A DNA stretch of 64,000 nucleotides. Origin: Nemertoderma westbladi (Eukaryota > Animalia > Xenacoelomorpha). Position 1 is the stretch's first letter. Each line of letters starts with the position of its first letter. The stretch covers positions 1 to 64,000 of the forward strand of contig JAUCBJ010006829.1 in NCBI GenBank assembly GCA_032718475.1, in the 5' to 3' direction. Below, piece after piece: positions 26,172 to 37,751 of this stretch. The position numbers were made by a program, and so were the translations under genes. The notes under the pieces were generated by a model that was not told the origin of the DNA, made no database searches, and saw nothing but the letters and a program-made list of their open reading frames with translations.

Positions 26172-29100
26172 TCAGTACGGTATATCAGTACGGTATTTTA
26201 GTACAGTATTACAGTACGGTATTTTAGTACTGTATTTTAGTACGGTATTTCAGTACGTTATTTCAGTACATTATTTTAGTACAGTATTTCAGTATGGTAT
26301 TTTAGTACTGTATTTTAGTACGATATTTTAGTACAGTATTTCAGTACAGTATTTCAGTATGGTATTTCAGTACGGTATTTCAGTACGGTATTTTAGTACA
26401 GTATTACAGTACGTTATTTCAGTACGGTATTTCAGTACAGTATTTCAGTATGGTATTTCAGTACGTTATTTCAGTACATTATTTTAGTACAGTATTTCAG
26501 TATGGTATTTTAGTACTGTATTTTAGTACGATATTTTAGTACAGTATTTCAGTACAGTATTTCAGTATGGTATTTCAGTACGGTATTTCAGTACGGTATT
26601 TTAGTACAGTATTACAGTACGTTATTTCAGTACGGTATTTCAGTACAGTATTTCAGTATGGTATTTCAGTACCGGATCTTACTTAGAATGTTTCAGTTAG
26701 AGTATTTCAGTATGGTATTTCAGTACGGTATATTTTAGTACGGTATATTTTAGTACAGTATTTCAGTATGGTATTTTAGTACTGTATTTTAGTACGGTAT
26801 TTCAGTATGGTATTTCAGTACGGTATATTTTAGTACGGTATATTTTAGTACTGTATTTCAGTATGGTATTTCAGTATGGTATTTCAGTACGGTATTTTAG
26901 TACAGTATTTCAGTATGGTATTTTAGTACTGTATTTTAGTACGGTATTTCAGTACGGTATTTTAGTACGGTATTTCAGTATGGTATTTCAGTACCGTATT
27001 TTACTACTGTATTTTAGTACGGTATTTCTGTACGTTATTTCAGTACGGTATTTTACTACTGTATTTTAGTACAGTATTTCAGTACAGTATTTTAGTACAG
27101 TATTTCAGTACAGTATTTCAGTATGGTATTTCAGTACGGTATATTTTAGTACTGTATTTCAGTATGGTATTTCAGTATGGTATTTCAGTACGGTATTTTA
27201 GTACAGTATTTCAGTACAGTATTTCAGTATGGTATTTCAGTACGGTATATTTTAGTACTGTATTTCAGTATGGTATTTCAGTATGGTATTTCAGTACGGT
27301 ATTTTAGTACAGTATTTCAGTATGGTATTTTAGTACTGTATTTTAGTACGGTATTTCAGTATGGTATTTCAGTACGGTATTTTAGTACGGTATTTCTGTA
27401 CGTTATTTCAGTACGGTATTTTACTACTGTATTTTAGTACAGTATTTCAGTACAGTATTTTAGTACAGTATTTCAGTACAGTATTTCAGTATGGTATTTC
27501 AGTACGGTATATTTTAGTACTGTATTTCAGTATGGTATTTCAGTATGGTATTTCAGTACGGTATTTTAGTACAGTATTTCAGTACAGTATTTCAGTATGG
27601 TATTTCAGTACGGTATATTTTAGTACTGTATTTCAGTATGGTATTTCAGTATGGTATTTCAGTACGGTATTTTAGTACAGTATTTCAGTATGGTATTTTA
27701 GTACTGTATTTTAGTACGGTATTTCAGTATGGTATTTCAGTACGGTATTTTAGTACGGTATTTCAGTATGGTATTTCAGTACCGTATTTTACTTAGAATG
27801 TTTCAGTTAGAGTATTTCAGTATGGTATTTTAGTATGGTATTTCAGTACGGTATATTTTAGTACGGTATATTTTAGTACAGTATTTCAGTATGGTATTTC
27901 AGTACCGGATTTTACTTAGAATGTTTCAGTTAGAGTATTTCAGTATGGTATTTCAGTATGGTATTTCAGTACGGTATATTTTAGTACGGTATATTTTAGT
28001 ACAGTATTTCAGTATGGTATTTTAGTACTGTATTTTAGTACGGTATTTCAGTATGGTATTTCAGTGAGGGTATTTTAGTACAGTATTTCAGTACAGTATT
28101 TCAGCATGGTATTTCAGTACGGTATATTTTAGTACGGTATATTTTAGTACAGTATTTCAGTACAGTATTTCAGTATGGTATTTCAGTACCGGATTTTACT
28201 TAGAATGTTTCAGTTAGAGTATTTCAGTATGGTATTTCAGTATGGTATTTCAGTATGGTATTTTAGTACTGTATTTTAGTACGGTATTTCAGTATGGTAT
28301 TTCAGTGAGGGTATTTTAGTACAGTATTTCAGTACAGTATTTCAGTATGGTATTTCAGTACGGTATATTTTAGTACGGTATATTTTAGTACAGTATTTCA
28401 GTATGGTATTTTAGTTCTGTATTTTAGTACGGTATTTCAGTATGGTATTTCAGTACGGTATTTTAGTACAGTATTTCAGTACAGTATTTCAGTATGGTAT
28501 TTCAGTACGGTATTTTAGTACAGTATTTCAGTATGTATTTTAGTACGGTATTTCAGTATGGTATTTCAGTACGGTATTTTAGTACGGTATTTCAGTATGG
28601 TATTTCAGTACCGGATTTTACTTAGAATGTTTCAGTTAGAGTATTTCAGTATGGTATTTCAGTATGGTATTTCAGTATGGTATTTCAGTATGGTATTTCA
28701 GTATGGTATTTCAGTATGGTATTTCAGTACGGTATATTTTAGTACTGTATTTCAGTATGGTATTTCAGTACGGTATATTTTAGTACTGTATTTCAGTATG
28801 GTATTTTAGTACTGTATTTTAGTACGGTATTTCAGTATGGTATTTCAGTATGGTATTTCAGTACGGTATATTTTAGTACTGTATTTCAGTAGGGTATTTC
28901 AGTACGGTATTTCAGTATGGTATTTCAGTATGGTATTTCAGTACGGTATATTTTAGTACTGTATTTCAGTATGGTATTTTAGTACTGTATTTTAGTACAG
29001 TATTTCAGTATAGTATTTTAGTACTGTATTTTAGTACAGTATTTCAGTATGGTATTTTAGTACTGTATTTTAGTACGGTATTTCAGTATGGTATTTCAGT

Positions 29101-30284
29101 ATGGTATTTCAGTACGGTATATTTTAGTACTCTATTTCAGTAGGGTATTTCTGTACGTTATTTCAGTACGGTATTTTTAGTACAGTATTTCAGTATGGTA
29201 TTTTAGTACTGTATTTTAGTACGGTATTTCAGTATGGTATTTCAGTATGGTATTTCAGTACGGTATATTTTAGTACTGTATTTCAGTATGGTATTTCAGT
29301 ATGGTATTTCAGTATGGTATTTTAGTACAGTACTTCAGTATGGTATTTTAGTATGGTATTTCAGTACGTTATTTCAGTACATTATTTTAGTACAGTATTT
29401 CAGTATGGTATTTCAGTATGGTATTTCAGTACCGGATTTTACTTAGAATGTTTCAGTTAGAGTATTTCAGTATGGTATTTCAGTACGGTATTTCAGTATG
29501 GTATTTCAGTATGGTATTTCAGTACGGTATATTTTAGTACTGTATTTCAGTATGGTATTTTAGTACTGTATTTTAGTACGGTATTTCAGTATGGTATTTC
29601 AGTATGGTATTTCAGTACGGTATATTTTAGTACTGTATTTCAGTATGGTATTTTAGTACTGTATTTTAGTACAGTATTTCAGTATGGTATTTTAGTACTG
29701 TATTTAGTACAGTATTTCAGTATGGTATTTTAGTACTGTATTTTAGTACGGTATTTCAGTATGGTGTTTCAGTATGGTATTTCAGTACGGTATATTTTAG
29801 TACTCTATTTCAGTAGGGTATTTCTGTACGTTATTTCAGTACGGTATTTTAGTACAGTATTTCAGTATGGTATTTTAGTACTGTATTTTAGTACGGTATT
29901 TCAGTATGGTATTTCAGTATGGTATTTCAGTACGGTATATTTTAGTACTGTATTTCAGTATGGTATTTCAGTATGGTATTTCAGTATGGTATTTTAGTAC
30001 AGTACTTCAGTATGGTATTTTAGTATGGTATTTCAGTACGTTATTTCAGTACATTATTTTAGTACAGTATTTCAGTATAGTATTTCAGTATGGTATTTCA
30101 GTACGGAATTATAATTAGAGTGTTTCAGTTAGAGTATTTCAGTATGGTATTTCAGTAGGCTATTTCTGTACGTTATTTCAGTACGGTATTTTACTACTGT
30201 ATTTTAGTACAGTATTTCAGTACAGTATTTTAGTACAGTATTTTAGTACGGTATTTCAGTATGGTATTTCAGTACGGTATATTT

Positions 30285-31210
30285 TTTGTTTGTTTAACTC
30301 TTTAAGTCTCATTTATTCACATAGATAATAAAACGTTAATGCTAAACAATACCCACCACCAGCCGACGTTACTAGGCAACCAATGTAGGAGGGAAATTTA
30401 AAATGAAATCCTTTGCCCGCCCCCAACACAGAAACAGTCTCTACGGTGTATGAGTATGGAGCATACTACTGTATTTACCCCACCCTACCGAACTGCGCCA
30501 ACACCCAGGGTCTGAGTCCGCGTTAGCCAACCGGATCGATGAGTCGGTGACTGCCTCCCGCACCGGTCGCCTAGCAGCTGAACGGTACCCGCGTAAACAC
30601 ATTAAGGACGACATGAGGAGGGAGAAACTGATTCTCCGACGTACCCATGAGACGCACTCCGGATAGGGAACCTGCCGTTTGTCGGACAACTTCACCGCCA
30701 GTCGTTTGACAAACTGATGGGCAGCTGGTGCCATTCCGCCGAAAGGTGAGAAAATTAAGGGAGTGAAGGTGGAGTGTTCCACCTCGCGTAATCTCACCTC
30801 GTATTTCCGGCACTTCCTCGCCTCGTGGTTGAGATGGGCGGCGTCAATCGACATCACCGCGTTGGTGTCTGCCAGCGGGTTGAACACCGACACATCGATA
30901 AACATTTTCTGGTAGCAATTGCCCCAGAATCCGCTCACTGACACGTCGAGCCGCGCCAGCTGGTCCGTCGAGGTGCAGCGGAGGGAGAAGGACTCCCCCG
31001 TTAGTGGCTGGAGCATCGGTTCGACTGCCACATTGTGGGCCACCTCGGTTAGGGTGTCGGCGACGAAATCGCGGATCTCGTTGTGTCTGATGGAGGGGAA
31101 ACCTCCAGTGGGACACGACAGAACGTGGGTTGTAGAAAATCGGGACCCACAAACACAATGAGATGGTAGGTACTTCGGCGACCAACCGTAGCGGAGACAA
31201 ACAGCATCCC
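30285..31210 (-). mobile_element. 5'-truncated CRE-like non-LTR retrotransposon, copy 3 (different family)
   Basis: DAVCLRYGW..CVCGSRFSTTHVLSC..RHNEIRD..RLDV..FIDVSV..CLRGYR; AATAAA and an A-rich tail joined to the last satellite unit; the 5' flank is non-satellite. Confidence 0.9.
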
Positions 31211-31724
31211 AAAAGCGCATACAAAAAACCTTTGGGGCTTGATATCTCGGAATGAGGTTTTTGGAGTTACGTGCCTTTACCTTTTGAGGGCAGATTTTAT
31301 TGCGTTGTTTAAATCTCATAGTATGAAAGGGACTGCGATAACATGTCTTCCATGTTTGTAATTGTTGAAATTAAGTTTGTAGAATGTATTGTTTGTGCGA
31401 AATACTAAACGAATGTTGACTGAATCCAATTCCCAGAACATAATAATTATCAATATGAGACATGTGACGAACATGAACATGAACGAACAACAGGGATTTC
31501 TATTCTGTATGAAACTCGCTGGTTACAGTTGTGTGTGCCGGCCTCGATCCTAATCCGAATCGACTGTCATGTAACCCTAATCCTAAGTCATAATCTAAGA
31601 AATTTAGAGGAATTTCTGACATTATTGCCATCTAGGCCCGAAGGGCCGTTAAATAAATTACAGTTATAATTATGTTTAAGGCCTGACTAAGTAACCCTAC
31701 CAAAAGAAAAAACGAATTAAATAA

Positions 31725-31955
31725 CCGCCTTGTTTGTATTGTACACTTTGACTCGTTTTGTACCCTTTGACCGCCTGGTTTTTGTACACTTTGACTCGTT
31801 TTGTACCTTTGACCGCCTGGTTTTTGTACCCTTTGTCTTGTTGTACCCTTTGACCGCCTGGTTTGTAGCCTTTGTCTCGTTGTACGCTTTCCTGTTGTAC
31901 CTTTGACTCGTTTTGTTCCCTTTGACTCGCTATACCCATTTACCTTTGTACCCAT
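31725..31955. repeat. Short degenerate tandem repeat (ttgaccgcctggtttttgtac / tttgactcgttttgtacc, ~42-bp dimer)
   Basis: Several visible imperfect copies. Confidence 0.7.
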
Positions 31956-32875
31956 TGACTAGTGTAAGGTGCCATACTCGCAAAATGATTGCCTGAGTAT
32001 TTAATCGTGATTCTTTAGAATAATAATTGCTAATTTATTTCGTTGAGGTGTTGACATGATAAATTAATATTTCAGTATCTATAATATCGGCATAAGGTAA
32101 GTTTTAATATTTTTTGCAAATTGGATCGCCTCTATGCCTAAAACTCAAAATTTTATTTCCAGTTGCCGTTACACACACAAATCCTCTGTGCGCCTTTGGG
32201 TTGGGGTGGTGCAGATTAAGAGGGGGTTGAAGGGGGGAACAGTAGTCAGCCAGCAACACCCCAACACACTAATAATAGCTGCAGGAACCAGCTCCAATGA
32301 TAATAGTGATTTTATTAATCGGTTCTATGGAGAAAAGTCACGCTCCTCCCCATCCTGATTGATCTGTCTACTATTGGAATTACTCATCTGTAAATTTGAT
32401 AACCAATATGATATTAACTACATCTATACCATTAAATTGTGTATTGTGATGTGTGACTGGGACATTGACTGTTGTGATATTTCGAATTTCAACCACAGTA
32501 TTGTGGAATTACTGTAGCAATGGGTTCAGGGCGTGGCCTAAGATAAAAGTTTACGATATTGTCGTAAACAGTAAATGTAATAAATTTAATGCGTTCTAAA
32601 TGAAAAAATTTTCCCCCGAAATATAACTTCGATCTTATATCCTTCTTTGCTGACTAGAATAACCCCATTTCCTTTACTAAACGAAATATTCCAAATTTTC
32701 TCTTATCTCTTCCCAGTGCCCAGTAGTGCAGCTAATTACTTGTTAGAAGTAAGTTCGTTGAGTAAGTTGATAGTTGGAACAGATCTTGTGGAAGCTGCAA
32801 CACAATCTTTAGAAAGTAAAGACTTTTATTCCAAGCGGACAATAGTTTGTCAGCTTTTCATTTATTTTAAATGTC

Positions 32876-35364
32876 TTCTGTTGAAAGGCCAATATAAAAG
32901 TTGAAAGGCTTTCTTATCCCAGATGTGATTGGCTAACTCATTCTGTTGAAAGGCCAATATAAAAGTTGAAAGGCTTTCTTATCCCAGATGTGATTGGCTA
33001 ACTCATTCTGTTGAAAGGCCAATATAAAAGTTGAAAGGCTTTCTTATCCCAGATGTGATTGGCTAACTCCTTCTGTTGAAAGGCCAATATAAAAGTTGAA
33101 AGGCTTTCTTATAGCAGAGATATGATTGGCTAACTCCTTCTTTTGAAATGTCAATATAAAAGTTGAAAGGCTTTCTTATCCCAGATATGATTGGCTAACT
33201 CCTTATCTTGAAAGGCCAATATAAAAGTTGAAAGGCTTTCTTATCCCAGATGTGATTTGCTAATTCCTTCTGTTGAAAAGCCAATATAAAAGTTGAAAGG
33301 CTTTCTTATCCCAGATATGATTGGCTAACTCCTTCTGTTGAAAGGTCAATATAAAAGTTGAAAGGCTTTCTTATCCCAGATATGATTGGCTAACTCCTTC
33401 TGTTGAAAGGCCACTATAAAAGTTGAAAGGCTTTCTTATCCCAGATATGATTGGCTAACTCCTTCTGTTGAAAGGCCAATATAAAAGTTGAAAGGCTTTC
33501 TCATCCCAGATATTATTGGCTAACTCCTTCTGTTGAAAGGCCAATATAAAAGTTGAAAGGCTTTCTTATCCCAGATATGATTGGCTAACTCCTTCTGTTG
33601 AAAGGCCAATATAAAAGTTGAAAGGCTTTCTTATAGCAGAGATATGATTGGCTAACTCCTTCTTTTGAAATGTCAATATAAAAGTTGAAAGGCTTTCTTA
33701 TCCCAGATATGATTGGCTAACTCCTTCTGCTGAAAGACCAATATAAAATTTGAAAGGCTTTCTCATCCCAGATATTATTGGCTAACTCCTTCTGTTGAAA
33801 GGCCAATCCAATATAAAAGTTGAAAGGCTTTCGTATCCCAGATATGATTGGCTAACTCCTTCTGTTGAAAGGCCAATATAAAAGTTGAAAGGCTTTCTTA
33901 TCCCAGATATGATTGGCTACCTAATTCTGTTGAAAGGCCAATATAAAAGTTGAAAGGCTTTCTTATCCCAGATATGATTGGCTAACTCCTTCTGTTGAAA
34001 GGCCAATATAAAAGTTGAAAGGCTTTCTTATCCCAGATATGATTGGCTACCTAATTCTGTTGAAAGGCCAATATAAAAGTTGAAAGGCTTTCTTATCCCA
34101 GATATGATTGGCTAACTCCTTCTGTTGAAAGGCCAATATAAAAGTTGAAAGGCTTTCTTATCCCAGATATGATTGGCTAACTCATTCTGTTAAAAGGTCA
34201 ATATAAAAGTTGAAAGGCTTTCTTATCCAGATGTGATTTGCTAACTCCTTCTGTTGAAAGGCCAATATAAAAGTTGAAAGGCTTTCTTATCCCAGATATG
34301 ATTGGCTAACTCCTTATCTTGAAAGGCCAATATAAAAGTTGAAAGGCTTTCTTATCCAGATGTGATTTGCTAACTCCTTCTGTTGAAAGGCCAATATAAA
34401 AGTTGAAAGGCTTTCTTATCCCAGATATGATTGGCTAACTCCTTATCTTGAAAGGCCAATATAAAAGTTGAAAGGCTTTCTTATCCCAGATATGATTGGC
34501 TAACTCATTCTGTTGAAAGGTCAATATAAAAGTTGAAAGGCTTTCTTATCCAGATGTGATTTGCTAACTCCTTCTGTTGAAAGGCCAATATAAAAGTTGA
34601 AAGGCTTTCTTATCCAGATGTGATTTGCTATCTCCTTCTGTTGAAAGGCCAATAAAAGTTGAAAGGCTTTCTTATCCCAGATATGATTGGCTAACTCCTT
34701 ATCTTGAAAGGCCAATATAAAAGTTGAAAGGCTTTCTTATCCCAGATATGATTGGCTAACTCCTTCTGTTGAAAGGCCAATATAAAAGTTGAAAGGCTTT
34801 CTTATCCCAGATATGATTGGCTAACTCCTTCTGTTGAAAGGCCAATATAAAAGTTGAAAGGCTTTCTTATCCCAGATAAGATTGGCTAACTCCTTCTGTT
34901 GAATGGCCAATATAAAAGTTGAAAGGCTTTCTTATCCCAGATAAGATTGGCTAACTCCTTCTGTTGAAAGGCCAATATAAAAGTTGAAAGGCTTTCTCAT
35001 CCCAGACATTATTGGCTAACTCCTTCTGTTGAAAGGCCAATATAAAAGTTGAAAGGCTTTCTTATCCCAGATATGATTGGCTAACTCCTTCTGTTGAAAG
35101 GCCAATATAAAAGTTGAAAGGCTTTCTTATCCCAGATAAGATTGGCTAACTCCTTCTGTTGAAAGGCCAATATAAAAGTTGAAAGGCTTTCTCATCCCAG
35201 ACATTACTGGCTAACTCCTTCTGTTGAAAGGCCAATATAAAAGTTGAAAGGCTTTCTTATCCCAGATATGATTGGCTAACTCCTTCTGTTGAAAGGCCAA
35301 TATAAAAGTTGAAAGGCTTTCTTATCCCAGATATGATTGGCTAACTCCTTCTGTTGAAAGGCCA
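32876..35364. repeat. 65-bp satellite, about 38 copies
   Basis: Unit ttctgttgaaaggccaatataaaagttgaaaggctttcttatcccagatatgattggctaactcc; period 65 (32941 to 33006). Confidence 0.95.
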
Positions 35365-35841
35365 TATCATTCAGCTGGGGTCATAGTACTTTATCATCCT
35401 ACTTACCGGTAGATATTTCGTTTTACTGTTGCGCGTTTAACTCTTTGAGCTAACGAAACGGCAATAAATATATATTAACATTCGCTTACTCTTACCTACC
35501 TCTTTTTACTTTATTACCTATCATCTTATTGGTGTAATGTGTTTTTGTCACAATCGTGATAGAAAGACTTTGTAGTGAAATAGTGAGCGAAAGTAATAAT
35601 TGTGAGTGAGAGCATTACATTTTTCATTGTTTTTTTTTCAGATTAATTTTTTTTAGTTTGTTCTTTCAACCTGAAAATGGTACGATTTCCTTTGTGAAGA
35701 CATCCTGAGAAAGCCACCTCATTTCCGTATAATCATCCGCTGCAATGTATGTAACTAAAGTCAGTAGTAGTTTAAAATATTAATTTATTAATCATTAATA
35801 TTTATAATTAATTATAAATAATATAAATATAGTTGACATAC

Positions 35842-36036
35842 CCACGCCTCGCATTTTTTTCCCTTGCATCCATATCTTCAATGCTATCATTACACAAAAT
35901 ATCGAGGCAACGACGCCAAAAACCGCAGTTGGAACGAGGAAAAGGTACGTCCACGAGGGTTCACCAACGGTTACACCATCGAAACAAATTGCAGCAATAG
36001 TCGGCACATGTGGCCTAATGTAGGCTAAACTCAATC
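35842..36036 (-). CDS. Class A GPCR internal exon (end of TM4, ECL2, TM5, start of ICL3)
   Basis: LSLAYIRPHVPTIAAICFDGVTVGEPSWTYLFLVPTAVFGVVASIFCVMIALKIWMQGKKMRGV; acceptor attatttttatAG, donor G|GTATGT; 195 bp, phase 1/1. Confidence 0.8.
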
Positions 36037-36259
36037 CTATAAAAATAATTTTATTAATAGATTGAAATAAACCATTATATTGCATGAGTATAATATTATT
36101 TGTTAAGCATTCAATTTGTTGTTGTTATTATGTCACACCAAATCGTTTCTCGTTTCCCTGTCACGTTTAGCAGATAGGTTTTATCATCAGAAGATCCAAT
36201 AAGAGGAAACACAAAAATGGGATACTAAAATTATCGCGCTCTCGTCACCGTGGTAATCA

Positions 36260-37045
36260 TATTGATACAGTTCGGAGGGCGGGTTGACCTCAGGTGACTA
36301 GTGAAATGAATATTGTTATATTATTGAATATGGTTATTACACGTTTTCTCCCAACAGGGCTTCTTCAGGTAATTATGGAATTATTATGTAGGAACAGAGA
36401 AACTGCACTAAAACTAATACAGGACTATGTAAGGTCTACTAACTCAGTACAGCTGTGTACCGGTACAGAGTTGGACTAACTACTTTCTGACTGCTAATCT
36501 ACTGTATTACTAAGCTAATAAAAAGCATTGCACCTACTGTAGATTGAATTGTTAAAGGCGTGTGGTTTCAAATTGCGGAAAATACATTAGTTAGCAATAG
36601 TACATAAAACAATATAGAACACCCAAAAAAAAATATACAGAAGATTACAATTGAATAGTGCACCAAAATAATAAAAAAAAATAATACAAAATTTTGGGTG
36701 TACTATATTTTTTTGTGTACTATTATTGCTAACCAATGTATTTTCCGCAATTTGAAACCACACGCCTTTAACAATTAAATCTAGGTACAATGCTCTTTTT
36801 AGCTTAGTAATACAGTAGATTAGCAGTCAGAATGTAGTTAGTCCAGCTCTGTACCGGTAGACAGCTGTACTGAGTTAGTAGACCTTAAATAGTCCTGTCT
36901 TAGTTTTAGTGTAGTTTCTCTGTTCATACGTAATAATTCCATAATTACCTGAAGAAGCCCTGTTGGGAGAAAGCGTGTTATAACTGTTGTTATTAATTTC
37001 ATTAGTCACCTGAGGTCAACTCGCCCTACCCGAACTGTATCAATA
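36260..37045. mobile_element. Palindromic (foldback) MITE, ~370-bp arms
   Basis: tattgatacagttcgg...ccgaactgtatcaata; the arms are reverse-complementary over nearly the whole length; possible TA TSD. Confidence 0.88.
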
Positions 37046-37169
37046 GATAAGTTTCAAATCTCTTTTGGCTTATTTCAAAATATTGTATGTTTATGCTTCT
37101 GTCATCGGTTGGTTGTCAGGAAATTTGTTGGTATAATTAATTAATTATCTGATATGATTATCTACTTGC

Positions 37170-37276
37170 CTGCAGCTGGCATCGAAATGAAATTAGTTAT
37201 CAGGAAAAGAATCAAACATTTGTGTAACTTTTGTTGTATTACTGGGTAAACCATAGGCATCATAACTGCTATAAAC
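37170..37276 (-). CDS. Class A GPCR internal exon (end of TM3 '(D)R|FIAV', ICL2, TM4)
   Basis: Not in the ORF track. (R)FIAVMMPMVYPVIQQKLHKCLILFLITNFISMPAA(G); acceptor ttttttcccgtttAG (phase 2); donor CAG|GCAAGT (GC-AG intron, phase 1), which joins the next exon in frame. Confidence 0.75.
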
Positions 37277-37354
37277 CTAAACGGGAAAAAATTATATTAA
37301 AATTTAATTTCAATTTCAATTTCACATGTAATTATTAATTAATTAATTAGTTAT

Positions 37355-37751
37355 CACCAGGCGTGGACTAAACTCTTTATCTCCCCTTACATTTGTCTCA
37401 AACGTCCAGAACGCGGTGGACGTAATCAACGCTCACCTTTATGCTTCCCTTTTCAACCACCAATGTGTTCTCCGGATCCAACACCCCTCGTCTCACTGAA
37501 GCAACCCTCAAAGTCACAAAGGAAGTTTCCATCAACTAAAGATTCAGATGAACTCTTGGCATCATCAGTTTCTCAGAAACTTGATGATGGAGACGTGAGA
37601 GGATCCATCAGGATATCTGCCAGTAGTAGTGCCATTACCCCCTTTAATGATGTATCTCTGGAGAAGTTGATGCCAAAGCGCCCACCAGCCCCCCCCCCCA
37701 GATCGGCGCACTTTCCCATCTCCAGACCCCAGTTAGCCCACTCACAGTATC
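37355..37751 (+). mobile_element. Fragment of the pre-RT region of another CRE-like non-LTR element
   Basis: AWTKLFISPYICLKRPERGG and VSQKLDDGDVRGSIRISASS..P...SLEKL..KRP resemble the conserved region upstream of RT in this group. Confidence 0.55.

Larger units (their letters stand above)
22712..30284. repeat. 13-bp satellite GTATTT(C/T)AGTA(C/T)(G/A/T), ~7.5-kb span including two internal retroelement insertions and bordering a third
   Basis: Hundreds of degenerate 13-bp units, with 15-bp variants (gtatattttagtac) and a recurring ~35-bp marker ccggattttacttagaatgtttcagttaga. Confidence 0.95.

Noticed and set aside
26863-30118. Multiple MVFQYGISVRYFST-type ORFs
   Set aside because: They are translations of the 13-bp satellite.
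31211-31319. N-terminal 36 aa of ORF 30441-31319
   Set aside because: It lies outside the homology with copies 1 and 2; it is chance open flank fused to a truncated element.
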